Virus record (IMG/VR): IMGVR_UViG_2061766007_000924
Location: 37,396-101,395 of that record
Direction: 5' to 3' (one strand)
Source of the DNA: a virus
Taxonomy: Duplodnaviria; Caudoviricetes
DNA length: 64,000 nucleotides
The notes below the pieces were generated by a model that saw only the letters and a list, made by a program, of their open reading frames with translations, did not search any database and was not told the origin of the DNA. Position 1 is the stretch's first letter, and the number at the start of each line of letters is the position of its first letter. A program made the position numbers and the translations under genes. Of the stretch, positions 32,619 to 41,584 are shown piece after piece.

Positions 32619-32966
32619 ATGCAGAATAGTTGTAATTTTACAGGAAGACTCGTAGCAGATCCGAAGCTCTTTGAGGGGAATCCGAACAGGGTATGCTTTA
32701 CTGTATCTGTTCTTGGGGATTACAAGGACAAGGACGGAAAGATCCAGTCGAGCTTTCTTGACTTCATTGCATGGAGAGACACTGCTGACTACATTGCACG
32801 GCATTTTCGCAAGGGAGATATGGTCAGAATTGATGATTGCGAAGCAAAGGTCAGAAACTACGAGGACTCCAGCGGCGTTAAGCATAGGAAGGTGGAGTTT
32901 GAGGTTGACGGAACATACAACATTATCAGGTCAAGAGAAATTGACCAATTAGCAAATTACCGTTGA
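32619..32966 (+). CDS. ssb: Single-stranded DNA-binding protein
   Basis: 'GRLVADP...FLDFIAWRDTADYIARHFRKGD'. Confidence 0.88.
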   Translation: MQNSCNFTGRLVADPKLFEGNPNRVCFTVSVLGDYKDKDGKIQSSFLDFIAWRDTADYIARHFRKGDMVRIDDCEAKVRNYEDSSGVKHRKVEFEVDGTYNIIRSREIDQLANYR

Positions 32967-33094
32967 CATAAAGCGGTTGCAAGCGGTACAATAGAGAAAA
33001 AGAGGTCTATTTTTTACGGTCATGGATTGGCATTTAGCGAATGAAGTGAACTGAATAGAAAATAGACCTCTATTCTTTGAATGGGCGGTGAGTT

Positions 33095-33685
33095 TTGGTG
33101 AGAGATGATTATGTGATGATACCCACTGACTTTTTCGAGCACGAAGAGGTTAAATATTTAGAAAACTGTGATGACGGTGACTCAATTCTTGTGCTGTGGT
33201 TAGAAATGCTTACAAAGTGCAAGTCAGAAAGCAACGGGGTAAGGGTGTTCGAGTGGCCTTATACAGAAATCACATATCGCGATGTTGCCGTTTTCTTTGA
33301 CACAAATGAAGAACTTGCGAGAAAAGCATTTACTGAGTTTGAAAAATTGGGAATTGCTCAGATGTTAAAACACAAGATTCTCGTCAGGATGTTTTGGGAG
33401 GAGAAAAAACAGCGGGTTGGATCAGCAGAGACAAACGCATGGCGAGTAAAGGTTTTAATGAGGGATGGGTATGAGTGCAAGGTTTGTGGAGGAAAAGACG
33501 ATTTACAGGCTCACCACATTGTTGCATGGAAGGATACTGGAGAAGGTGATGAGCTTCGCGTTGACGTAAGCAACGGCATAACTTTGTGTAGACCGTGTCA
33601 TTTGAAAGCTCACGGTGGAAGTTGGAAAAACAGCAGTACGAGGGAAATGATGGACTATTTGCTGTCTTTAATTGAAGGAGGTTAA
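33095..33685 (+). CDS. Replisome-organiser-like N-terminal domain fused to an HNH endonuclease
   Basis: N-terminus 'DFFEHEEVKYLE...LWLEML'. C-terminus 'CKVCG...AHHI...NGITLCRPCH'. Confidence 0.75.
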   Translation: MVRDDYVMIPTDFFEHEEVKYLENCDDGDSILVLWLEMLTKCKSESNGVRVFEWPYTEITYRDVAVFFDTNEELARKAFTEFEKLGIAQMLKHKILVRMFWEEKKQRVGSAETNAWRVKVLMRDGYECKVCGGKDDLQAHHIVAWKDTGEGDELRVDVSNGITLCRPCHLKAHGGSWKNSSTREMMDYLLSLIEGG

Positions 33686-33689
33686 CGGT

Positions 33690-34577
33690 ATGTCTTTTTA
33701 TACGGTAGATACTGAGTTCTGGACAGATCCAGATGTGATTGATGACTTCACTCCAGAGGACAAGTATTTTTATCTATACCTGTTAACTTCTCCGCATTCC
33801 AACATTTCTGGATGCTATGAACTGAGCTTGAAGCAAGCTGCAACCGAACTTGGTTATAGCAAAGAGACGGTGGAACATCTGATGGAGCGCTTTATCAATG
33901 TTCACAAGGTCATTGACTACGATAAAGAAAACAAAGAGGTTATTATTCACAAATGGGGAAAACATCATTGGACTAAATCGGAAAAGTATATCACGGCACT
34001 CAATAAAAGAGTAAGTGATATTAAGACGAAAAGGTTCAGGTCTTTTTTAGAAGCAACGGTGACAGCTTTTTCAAGAAGTGACGGTACTGATATGGTATGG
34101 ATACCGTATAAGTACGGTATGGATACATCTTATACTTATATATATAACATATATCCTTTAGATAATAATATAGAAGAGGGGGTTAAAGGGGGAGAGGAGA
34201 AGCCGCCTGAGCCCACTAAAAAGAAAAAAACTGAGGAATCACATAAGTATGGCGAATATGGATGGGTAAAGCTGACTGATAAGCAGTATGAAAAACTTGA
34301 GAAGGATCTTGGAAAGCAAGAGCTCGATAGATGCATTCAGTATGTGGACGAGTCAGCACAGGGAAATCACAACAGAAATGGGTGGACTGACTGGAATCTT
34401 GTGGTAAGAAAGTGCCACCGAGAAGGATGGGGAGCTAACAAAGGATATAGAAACTGGGGAGGGGAAAATGGATATAGAGCAGAGGGTAATAGAGGCCAAG
34501 TACGAAGCTATTATGGCAATGCTGCGAAAGGCACAGAAGACTTCAACATCCACGTTGATGTCTGCGGAGACTCTTGA
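33690..34577 (+). CDS. Phage replication initiator
   Basis: 'FWTDPDV...TPEDKYFYLYLLTSPHSNISGCY'. Carries an internal repeat/AT-rich tract and precedes a DnaC-like loader. Confidence 0.8.
   Translation: MSFYTVDTEFWTDPDVIDDFTPEDKYFYLYLLTSPHSNISGCYELSLKQAATELGYSKETVEHLMERFINVHKVIDYDKENKEVIIHKWGKHHWTKSEKYITALNKRVSDIKTKRFRSFLEATVTAFSRSDGTDMVWIPYKYGMDTSYTYIYNIYPLDNNIEEGVKGGEEKPPEPTKKKKTEESHKYGEYGWVKLTDKQYEKLEKDLGKQELDRCIQYVDESAQGNHNRNGWTDWNLVVRKCHREGWGANKGYRNWGGENGYRAEGNRGQVRSYYGNAAKGTEDFNIHVDVCGDS
34081..34172. other. Putative replication origin inside the initiator gene
   Basis: GGTATGGATAC twice, ACGGTA/TACCGT repeats, then a ~45-bp AT-rich tract. Confidence 0.5.
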
Positions 34578-35250
34578 GGACTATGGTCTTGGGGGAGTTA
34601 AATGCAGCAAGTGCAACAATACGGGGTACATAGTCAAGAAAGAGGAGAATGGGACGCTGACATCAAAAGAGTGCTCATGTATGGCGCAGAGGCGCTCACT
34701 CAGAAAGATCAGAGAGAGCGGCATGATTGACATGCTTGAGCGCTACACGTTTGAAAACTACCAGACCCCGGATGAGGGAAGAAAAAAGGTCAAGGAGGTA
34801 GCGGAGAGCTTTTCTGATGGAGACAGCGGGTGGATGCACATTTCAGGCCGCAGCGGCAGTGGGAAAACGCACATTTGCACAGCTGCTTGCGTTCGGTTTA
34901 TCTCAAGAGGCATTGAGGTCTACTACATGTCATGGAGAGATGAGAGCACGGCGCTCAAAGGGATGGTAACGGACACTGAGCTTTACACGCAGAAAATGAA
35001 TAAGCTCAAGAAGGTCAAGGCGCTGTACATAGATGACTTTTTCAAGGGAGGAGTCACAGACGCAGACTTGAGGCTTGCGTTTGAGGTAATAAATGCGAGA
35101 TATAACGACAAGGGACTCAGGACAATCATATCGTCCGAAATAAAGTTGAAGGATCTGATGAAGATCGATGAGGCACTTGCTGGAAGAATATATGAAAGAT
35201 CAAGAGGATATATCATAGAAACACCAGACACGAACTGGAGAATGAAATAA
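34468..35250 (+). CDS. DnaC/IstB-like helicase loader ATPase
   Basis: Zn motif 'CSKCNNTG...CSC', Walker A 'GRSGSGKT', Walker B 'LYIDDFFK'. Confidence 0.9.
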   Translation: MDIEQRVIEAKYEAIMAMLRKAQKTSTSTLMSAETLEDYGLGGVKCSKCNNTGYIVKKEENGTLTSKECSCMAQRRSLRKIRESGMIDMLERYTFENYQTPDEGRKKVKEVAESFSDGDSGWMHISGRSGSGKTHICTAACVRFISRGIEVYYMSWRDESTALKGMVTDTELYTQKMNKLKKVKALYIDDFFKGGVTDADLRLAFEVINARYNDKGLRTIISSEIKLKDLMKIDEALAGRIYERSRGYIIETPDTNWRMK

Positions 35251-35711
35251 CGGAGGTCAAGAAATGGAAGAGATACTGTGGAAGATTGAGCTGTTCTGCA
35301 AGTGTGTGAAATATGACTTTGGGAACTGGGTTCTGAAAAGAAGGATCAAGGCTGCTTGGGCGAGAGCTGGAGCTATGCAGGACGAGCTGGACAGGATCAA
35401 GGAACAGGCGAAGCTGTGAAAAGGATAAAGGTGTACTACGGGATGATCGACAAGGAGAAAATGGAGCTGATGAACCTGAGAAAAAGGGTGAAAGAGCAGC
35501 GCGAGGAGATCAAGAGACTCACAGAGGAAAACAAGAGGATGAAAGATGAGCTGGGCGAAGTCGGGCGAGAGTTTGCTTCAAACGCTGATTAGTAGCTTAG
35601 AGAATTGAACCAGAATCAATCCTGATCGCTAAAAGGTGTAATCGCATTACTGAAAAGAAAATGCACCACAGAGCAAATAACACAGCTACAGACAAGGGGA
35701 CGGAGGAAGAC

Positions 35712-36311
35712 ATGAAGACAGAGATTCTTAAAGTGAAGGGTGACTGGCAGGAGGTTTTGTCAGATTGCAGAAGCACAGTTGGAAAAGAGCCTTTAGGAAA
35801 AGAGCCGTCAGACAGTTTTAAGAGGTCAATTCTGATTGCGGAGCACAGCCCGATTAGAGACATTTCGATCAAGTGGAAGTGGAGAGGCATAAAGAGCTGG
35901 ATAGCTACTCACTTTTCAAGACACAAATGGGAGTGTTTCATCAAAACGCAGAGGTCAGACAGGACAGGAGTTGACAGAAACAAGCTGCCGCAGGATGCTC
36001 CGGTTGACTTTGTCGGAGAGGCAAACGTGCAATCTCTGATTGACACGATGAGAAAGAGGCTGTGCTATCAGGCTTCTCCAGAGACAAGGGCGTATGCGGA
36101 GGATCTGAAACGGGCTATCACAGAGGTTCAGCCGGAGATTGGGAATGTGCTGGTTTGTAACTGCTGCTATCGTGGGTTCTGTCCAGAAATGCAGTCTTGC
36201 GGATATTGGGAACGCTTAACTCAAAACGCGACTAAAGAGCAGATTTGCAGCTGGGAAGAGAGATATAAGATTTACAACGATGATCTTGCGCGTAGAATGC
36301 AGGAAAAATGA
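35712..36311 (+). CDS. thyX: FAD-dependent thymidylate synthase-like protein
   Basis: 'EHSPIR', 'HFSRH...QRSDR', 'RLCYQASPETR', 'CCYRGFCPE'. Confidence 0.75.
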   Translation: MKTEILKVKGDWQEVLSDCRSTVGKEPLGKEPSDSFKRSILIAEHSPIRDISIKWKWRGIKSWIATHFSRHKWECFIKTQRSDRTGVDRNKLPQDAPVDFVGEANVQSLIDTMRKRLCYQASPETRAYAEDLKRAITEVQPEIGNVLVCNCCYRGFCPEMQSCGYWERLTQNATKEQICSWEERYKIYNDDLARRMQEK

Positions 36312-36736
36312 AAGAAGTAAAATTCACTGTATACGGAGATCCGGTGCCAAAAGCAAGGCCACGGGTATATGGAAATCACGGAGTAACACCGCAAAAGACA
36401 AAGATACAGGAACAGAAAATCGCCTTGGTATATAAGTCTCAGTATCACGATGCAAAGTTTGAGAAGGATGTTCCGCTAAAGATTGCGGTGGATATGTTCA
36501 TGAGAATACCGAAGAGCACAAGTGAGAAAAACAGGCAGCTTATGATTGCAGGGAAGATCAGGCCGATAAAGAAGCGCTGCGACAGCGATAATGGCACTAA
36601 GCTGGTAATGGATTCCCTCAACGGAGTTGCATACTATGATGATTCTCAAGTAGTTGACGAGAGAGGAAGGAAGTTCTACTCAGAGACTCCGAGGACGGAA
36701 ATATATATAGCGGAGATCAACACGGATGAAGAATAA
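36308..36736 (+). CDS. rusA: RusA-family Holliday junction resolvase
   Basis: 'PVPKARPR...DSDNGTKLVMDSLNGVAYYDDSQV'. Confidence 0.9.
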   Translation: MKEVKFTVYGDPVPKARPRVYGNHGVTPQKTKIQEQKIALVYKSQYHDAKFEKDVPLKIAVDMFMRIPKSTSEKNRQLMIAGKIRPIKKRCDSDNGTKLVMDSLNGVAYYDDSQVVDERGRKFYSETPRTEIYIAEINTDEE

Positions 36737-37043
36737 ATATGGAGTACAACTGGACAGGAACGGATATGCGCCGAGTCTTTGGATTCAGGAAGACAGGTGC
36801 GCGATATGTGGACGCACTGACAGAAAATTAGACAGGCACGAGGTTTACCACAGCAGCAACAGAACAAAGAGCAAAAATCTTGGACTGTGGGTAAGGATAT
36901 GTGACTTATGTCATTCGGAGCTGCACCAGAGGAACGCGAAGCTGGATGAGATGTTGAAGGCCAACATGCAGAGGGTGGCTATGGAGCATTATGGATGGTC
37001 AATTGATGATTTCAGGCGAGAAATAGGAAAGTCTTACATTTGA
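36726..37043 (+). CDS. HNH-like zinc-finger protein
   Basis: 'CAICG...HEVY...R..S...GLWVRICDLCH'. Confidence 0.65.
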   Translation: MKNKYGVQLDRNGYAPSLWIQEDRCAICGRTDRKLDRHEVYHSSNRTKSKNLGLWVRICDLCHSELHQRNAKLDEMLKANMQRVAMEHYGWSIDDFRREIGKSYI

Positions 37044-37056
37044 TCGGAGTAACGCC

Positions 37057-37527
37057 ATGTACAAAACTCAGGCAGACGAAATAAAAGATTGGCTGAGAGC
37101 CTATGTAAACAATGAAAAAGAAATAGATGAGCTGCTTGAGAAAATCAGAGAGCTCAGGGGCAGAGCCACAAGCATAGGCGCTCAGGAAATCACGGATATG
37201 CCTAAAGCTCCAATAAACATAACAGATTCAATGGCTGAGTACATGGTAAGGCTGGATAGCATGGAACGGCAGGTACAGGACATGATCAGGGCGCACAAAT
37301 CAAGCAAAAAGGCGCTTGAGGAAGTGCTTGACAAGATGGAGAGTCTGAAACAGAGAAAGATCATAAGATGCAGGTACATATATGGTATGGAGTGGTCTGA
37401 TGTGATTTATCAGTGCTATCACGAAAAGCCAGATTATCAGCTAAAGCTACGAGCCTATTCAAAGAGAGTTTACAGGGATCATGATAGGGCTTTGCTGGAG
37501 ATGGCAAGGAAATGGACTGAAAAATGA
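37057..37527 (+). CDS. RinA/ArpU-like transcriptional activator
   Basis: Position at the end of the replication module. C-terminal sigma-region-4-like segment 'RKIIRCRYIYGMEWSDV...VYRDHDRAL'. Confidence 0.7.
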   Translation: MYKTQADEIKDWLRAYVNNEKEIDELLEKIRELRGRATSIGAQEITDMPKAPINITDSMAEYMVRLDSMERQVQDMIRAHKSSKKALEEVLDKMESLKQRKIIRCRYIYGMEWSDVIYQCYHEKPDYQLKLRAYSKRVYRDHDRALLEMARKWTEK

Positions 37528-37530
37528 AAA

Positions 37531-37567
37531 CTGACTCATAAGACTTGGGGGAGTCTCATGAGTCAGC
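37531..37567. terminator. Hairpin between convergent genes
   Basis: CTGACTCATAAGACT...AGTCTCATGAGTCAG. Confidence 0.6.
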
Positions 37568-37572
37568 TTCGG

Positions 37573-37791
37573 TCAATCCTTAACATACCAGATCAGTTTA
37601 CCCGGCTGCTTTCCAGTCAAACGGCAGATGGTTTCGAGGTCACGCCATGATATGATTGGAGACTTGGTGCGCAGGTTTTGAACAGTGGATTCAGCAAAAA
37701 TCTTTTCTTTCCTGATGCGGTAGGTGGAGTAACCGGATTCTTTGAGAAGGGCAAGAACGTCAACACGCCATTCTAAAGGCATTTTCAGCAC
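37573..37791 (-). CDS. Cro/C1-type HTH regulator (HTH_26-like)
   Basis: 'LKESGYSTYRIRKEKIFAESTVQNLR...LETICRL'. RBS AGGAGG. Divergent from P4. Confidence 0.8.
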   Translation of the reverse strand: MLKMPLEWRVDVLALLKESGYSTYRIRKEKIFAESTVQNLRTKSPIISWRDLETICRLTGKQPGKLIWYVKD

Positions 37792-37863
37792 CTCCTGTTA
37801 GAAACATACACGGAAATTATAGCAGATGATTTGAGAATTGTAAAGATATAGACCCGTCAAAAC

Positions 37864-37930
37864 CTCCAAAAACAAACACGGATATCCGTTCATATTGTCA
37901 ATAGAAAAACGCGCATGATAGTGGTATATT
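37864..37930 (+). promoter_or_regulatory. Repeated phage promoter P4
   Basis: CTCCAA-N16-CCGTTCA-N4-GTCAA-TAGAAA-N17-TATATT. Confidence 0.7.
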
Positions 37931-37977
37931 ATTGACGTAAGGAAGAGTTAAAATGGTTTGGGTATGGAGGGTATGAT

Positions 37978-38841
37978 ATGAACAAGAAAATTTGCGAGAT
38001 GGTAGCTGATCGTGTTCTGGAAGAGCTCAAGAACGGCGTTGTTCCTTGGAATCAGCCGTGGTTTGGGTCGGATCGTTTTGTGAGTCACATCAATGGCAAG
38101 CACTACAGTCTGCTGAACTGCATGCTGCTTGGGAAGCCGGGTGAGTATGCAACATTCAATCAGATCAGCAAAGAGGGCGGCAAGGTCAAGAAGGGAGCAA
38201 AGTCGAAGATTGTGGTTTTCTGGTCGCCTGTCAAGAAGGAAGAGACGGATGACGCTGGTGAGAAGACTGAAAAGCTGTACTTCATTCTCAAGTATTACAG
38301 GGTGTTCAATCTGAATGACTGTGAGGACATCAAGAAGAAGTATCTGAACGATGATGACACGAAGTTCATTCATGAAGAGGTCAAGGACGCTGAGGATGTG
38401 ATTCGCGGCTACAGTGAAGCGAATCCGACACTGAAAATCATGCGGGACGAGAGAAGCAACAGAGCGTTCTATCGTCCGAGCGAGGATCTGATTCAGGTGC
38501 CGATGATGGAGCAGTTCGAGAAGGTTGAGGAGTTCTATTCGACTCTGTTTCATGAGATGACGCATTCTACTGGACACTGGAGCCGTCTGGGACGGTTTAA
38601 GGAAGAGGGAAAGGTTGCTGCTTTCGGCGGTGAGGATTACGGTAAGGAAGAGCTCATCGCGGAGCTTGGCGCTGCGGCACTGTGCGGCAAGTGCGGGATC
38701 GAGACTCGTGATTCTTTCAGAAACAGCGCAGCGTATCTCAAGGGCTGGACTGATGCAATCAAGGGAAATCCTGAGCTGATTGTTGCTGCGGCAGGGAAAG
38801 CGGACAAGGCTGTGGAGTTCATACTTGGGGAGGTGGCGTGA
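37978..38841 (+). CDS. ardC: ArdC-family antirestriction protein (ssDNA-binding plus zincin-like domain)
   Basis: 'GVVPWNQPW...YSLLN...YATFNQ...GGKVKKG', 'AFYRPSED', 'HEMTHSTGH', 'EELIAELGA'. Confidence 0.9.
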   Translation: MNKKICEMVADRVLEELKNGVVPWNQPWFGSDRFVSHINGKHYSLLNCMLLGKPGEYATFNQISKEGGKVKKGAKSKIVVFWSPVKKEETDDAGEKTEKLYFILKYYRVFNLNDCEDIKKKYLNDDDTKFIHEEVKDAEDVIRGYSEANPTLKIMRDERSNRAFYRPSEDLIQVPMMEQFEKVEEFYSTLFHEMTHSTGHWSRLGRFKEEGKVAAFGGEDYGKEELIAELGAAALCGKCGIETRDSFRNSAAYLKGWTDAIKGNPELIVAAAGKADKAVEFILGEVA

Positions 38842-39163
38842 TGACGAAAATTGAAAAAGAGATGGCGAAGCTCAAGACATACAGGGTGTACGGTCACGAC
38901 AATGAGAACGTGTTCGATGAATACTGTCAGGCATTGAGCGCACAGCATGCGGTGGACAGGGTGCGGGAATGGTTTTCTGACAGAGAAGGTGTCGTGATTG
39001 AAGAAGTGGCTAAAGTGGTAAAGGGGTGGAAGTGATGCTTTCGTTTGAAGCGCTGGAATGGCTCAAGAGTGTTGACTACGGGAAAAGAAATCATGATGAG
39101 AGAATGGCGCTGATTGAGGCTGCAAAGATCCTCTTTCCGTCTGATGAAGACTCCCTCCGTTTT

Positions 39164-39230
39164 GAACAAGAACAGACACGATAATCCGTGCATTACGTCA
39201 ATTGCAAAGGCGCTGATACAGCGTTAAGAT
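39164..39230 (+). promoter_or_regulatory. Repeated phage promoter P5
   Basis: GAACAA-N16-CCGTGCA-N4-GTCAA-TTGCAA-N17-TAAGAT. Confidence 0.8.
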
Positions 39231-40629
39231 GGTGATGTAAGGAGGGGTTGAAATGATCGTTGTGAAGTGCTTTGGGAAGACTTACAAGTACAGAAATCGT
39301 GAGCATGCGATCCGGTTCTATCAGGATTGTCTTCGTGCAGTTCGAGGTTTCGAGGAGCGCTATGTATATGGGAAGATCCTTTGCGACCTTGTGGACGGGA
39401 AGAAAGTGTGCGGAGAATGAGAGAGCTGATTGGCTACTGGGATGGCGGATACAGAGTTGGGAGCTATGCGGTTTATCTGGATCACGGAGTCATGTTCGTG
39501 AAAAAGGAATTCGCAAAGGGCTCTTGGAACAAGGACTTCAAGAGGGAGTTTGGAAAAAGATTCTTCGGGGACTCTGAATTCCTCATTGGAGTTGTAAATG
39601 AGTACGTCACAGGTATCTTGTTCGAGTGTGACGGCAAAGACGAAAAAGGCGTTCGTGAGGTCATCGAGAAGCACAAAGGCAGGAGAGAAGAACGCAGAGC
39701 TGAGTGGTACAAAAAACGCAAAGAGTGGGAAAAGCTGAGAGAGACGTTTGACGGCATCGTGATTGGCGTTGACAGCCAGATTGATGTTTACGATAGTGGA
39801 TTCTCCGTGAGAGTGCTGTTCAGCAGTGATGTGACTTTTGGAGGTAGGAAGAAATTCCTCGCTGAGAATAAGATCGAGTTCGTCAAGTGGGTAATGCAGG
39901 AGATCAGGAACAGCAAGGTCATGACTCGAAGGATTGGGGATATGAAGTTCTACAAGCCTGTTGAAATTATCAATTTGAGGGCGCATGAGGTAGAGGTTAA
40001 GTTTGAGGTAAAGAGGGAGGTAGCATGATGAACGTGAGTCGTGAAGAAAAGAAGGTTGAAGCGCTGAACAGGATGAAGAAGATCGGGTATTTTGGTCTGG
40101 CAAAGGAAAAGTTTCGCAGGAGCAACAAGATTTTCGTGAATGAGCCTCCGTTTGGAGCTGTGTTTGACGTAGAGCCAGAGCTGGCAAAGACAGTCAAGGA
40201 ATTCGAGGACGAGCACAACGCTCTTGTGTACATGGTGCTTCGGTCTAAGACTGAGTTTGGACTGATGGATTCTCTGATTTATGTCAGCGACCACCCGGAA
40301 GAGTGGGAGTATGACAATGACGATCTGGGATACGGAATCATGATGAGCTACACGATCAACTACGATGCGCCTGATTGCTCCGAGTTCGGAAGCATTGGGT
40401 TCAGGAGAGGCGCTGGGGCTGGAATGGTGAGGGTTGCGTGATGAAGAAGTATTACAGAAACGCAGTCAGGAATAACAAGACAGGAGAGACGGACACTTAT
40501 GTGTCTGAACGACAGCGGTCAGCACCCTCTGGGTGGACATGCACTGGAGTGTGCGGATACTTTGAAGTGACTGATGATGAAAAATATGATGTCGGATGGG
40601 CCAACAGGAGATTTTTTAATCGGTAAGAG

Positions 40630-40643
40630 TTGCTAAATAGCAA
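40630..40643. promoter_or_regulatory. Palindromic operator TTGCTAAATAGCAA immediately before the tRNA cluster
   Basis: Perfect 6-2-6 palindrome. Confidence 0.65.
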
Positions 40644-40650
40644 GAGATAT

Positions 40651-40726
40651 GTGCCGATAGTTCAGCTGGTAGAACACCGCACTTTTAATGCGGGGGTCGG
40701 GGGTTCGAGTCCCTCCCGGCGCACCA
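40651..40726 (+). tRNA. tRNA-Lys(TTT)
   Basis: Cloverleaf with anticodon arm CCGCA-CTTTTAA-TGCGG, TTCGAGT loop and CCA. Confidence 0.92.
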
Positions 40727-40878
40727 TCTCCAAGTTAGTGTGCGAGGCATGGTCAACGAAAACGAGAGAGTATCACGGCTTCTGGAGTGCAACCAGTCGT
40801 AGTTAAACAGTGAGATGGTATCGCAAAGCAGAAAACCATGTGTAGGGTTAAGCACGGCCCTGCTGACTTGGAGAGCCA
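40727..40878 (+). ncRNA. Unidentified structured RNA with a long closing stem and GCCA end
   Basis: TCTCCAAGTTAGT (40727-39) pairs with GCTGACTTGGAGA (40862-74), followed by GCCA. Confidence 0.55.
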
Positions 40879-40898
40879 AAAAACAAGAAAAACCTGCC

Positions 40899-41135
40899 GG
40901 AGCGCCGTCTGTGCTCTTAGCCATTCAGCACGAGACGGTTGGAGAATTAACAGCTGGATGATACATTAAAGCTCCGTAAACCGTGGGACTGGACGTGGAC
41001 ACTAAGAGATAGCTCATTGATCCTCCCAAAAGCATTGATGCTGAAAAGGGCTTGATAGGGACACTGAGCACTCGGAAACACCTTCCGCCGCAATCGCCAT
41101 GAAGTTGATTGGAGGTCTTCATGGACGCTCCGCCA
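40899..41135 (+). ncRNA. Unidentified structured RNA with an acceptor-like stem and GCCA end
   Basis: GGAGCG pairs with CGCTCC-GCCA. Internal stems CCGTCTGTGCT/AGCACGAGACGG and CCATGAAG/CTTCATGG. Confidence 0.5.
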
Positions 41136-41228
41136 GATGGGAGAACTTATGCATCTGGAATGTTGTCTTTGCATTCTGATTGATGCTGTGGGTGCCGCAG
41201 CGGGAAAAAGACAGGCACACTTATATAG

Positions 41229-41304
41229 GCTGTCATAGCTCAATTGGTGGAGCCTCTGACTTATAATCGGAAGGTTGAAGGTTCGATCCCTTCTGGCAGC
41301 ACCA
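41229..41304 (+). tRNA. tRNA-Ile(TAT)
   Basis: Acceptor GCTGTCA/TGGCAGC, anticodon arm TCTGA-CTTATAA-TCGGA, ACCA end. Confidence 0.88.
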
Positions 41305-41415
41305 GCGGCTCTCTTCCGGGCAGAAGAGTAGCCTCCTTCCAAGCGTCAAGGCTGCTGACATGGAAACATGTTGTACGATGAAAGGAAGCAGCGGCGTGAA
41401 AATCGCCAATTATAT

Positions 41416-41491
41416 CGGGGTGTAGCGCAGCTGGAAGCGCACCGCATTTGGGGTGCGGGGGCCGTGAGTTCAAATCTCACCACTCCGACCA
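41416..41491 (+). tRNA. tRNA-Pro(TGG)
   Basis: Acceptor CGGGGTG/CACTCCG, anticodon arm CCGCA-TTTGGGG-TGCGG, CCA. Confidence 0.92.
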
Positions 41492-41494
41492 TTT

Positions 41495-41584
41495 GCTGAC
41501 GTGGCAGAGAGGAAATGCAACGGTCTTGAAAACCGAGGTCAGGCTGAGAGGTCTGCGGGGGTTCGATTCCCTCCGTCAGCGCCA
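41495..41584 (+). tRNA. tRNA-Ser(TGA)
   Basis: Acceptor GCTGACG/CGTCAGC, loop CTTGAAA, long variable arm, GCCA. Confidence 0.88.
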
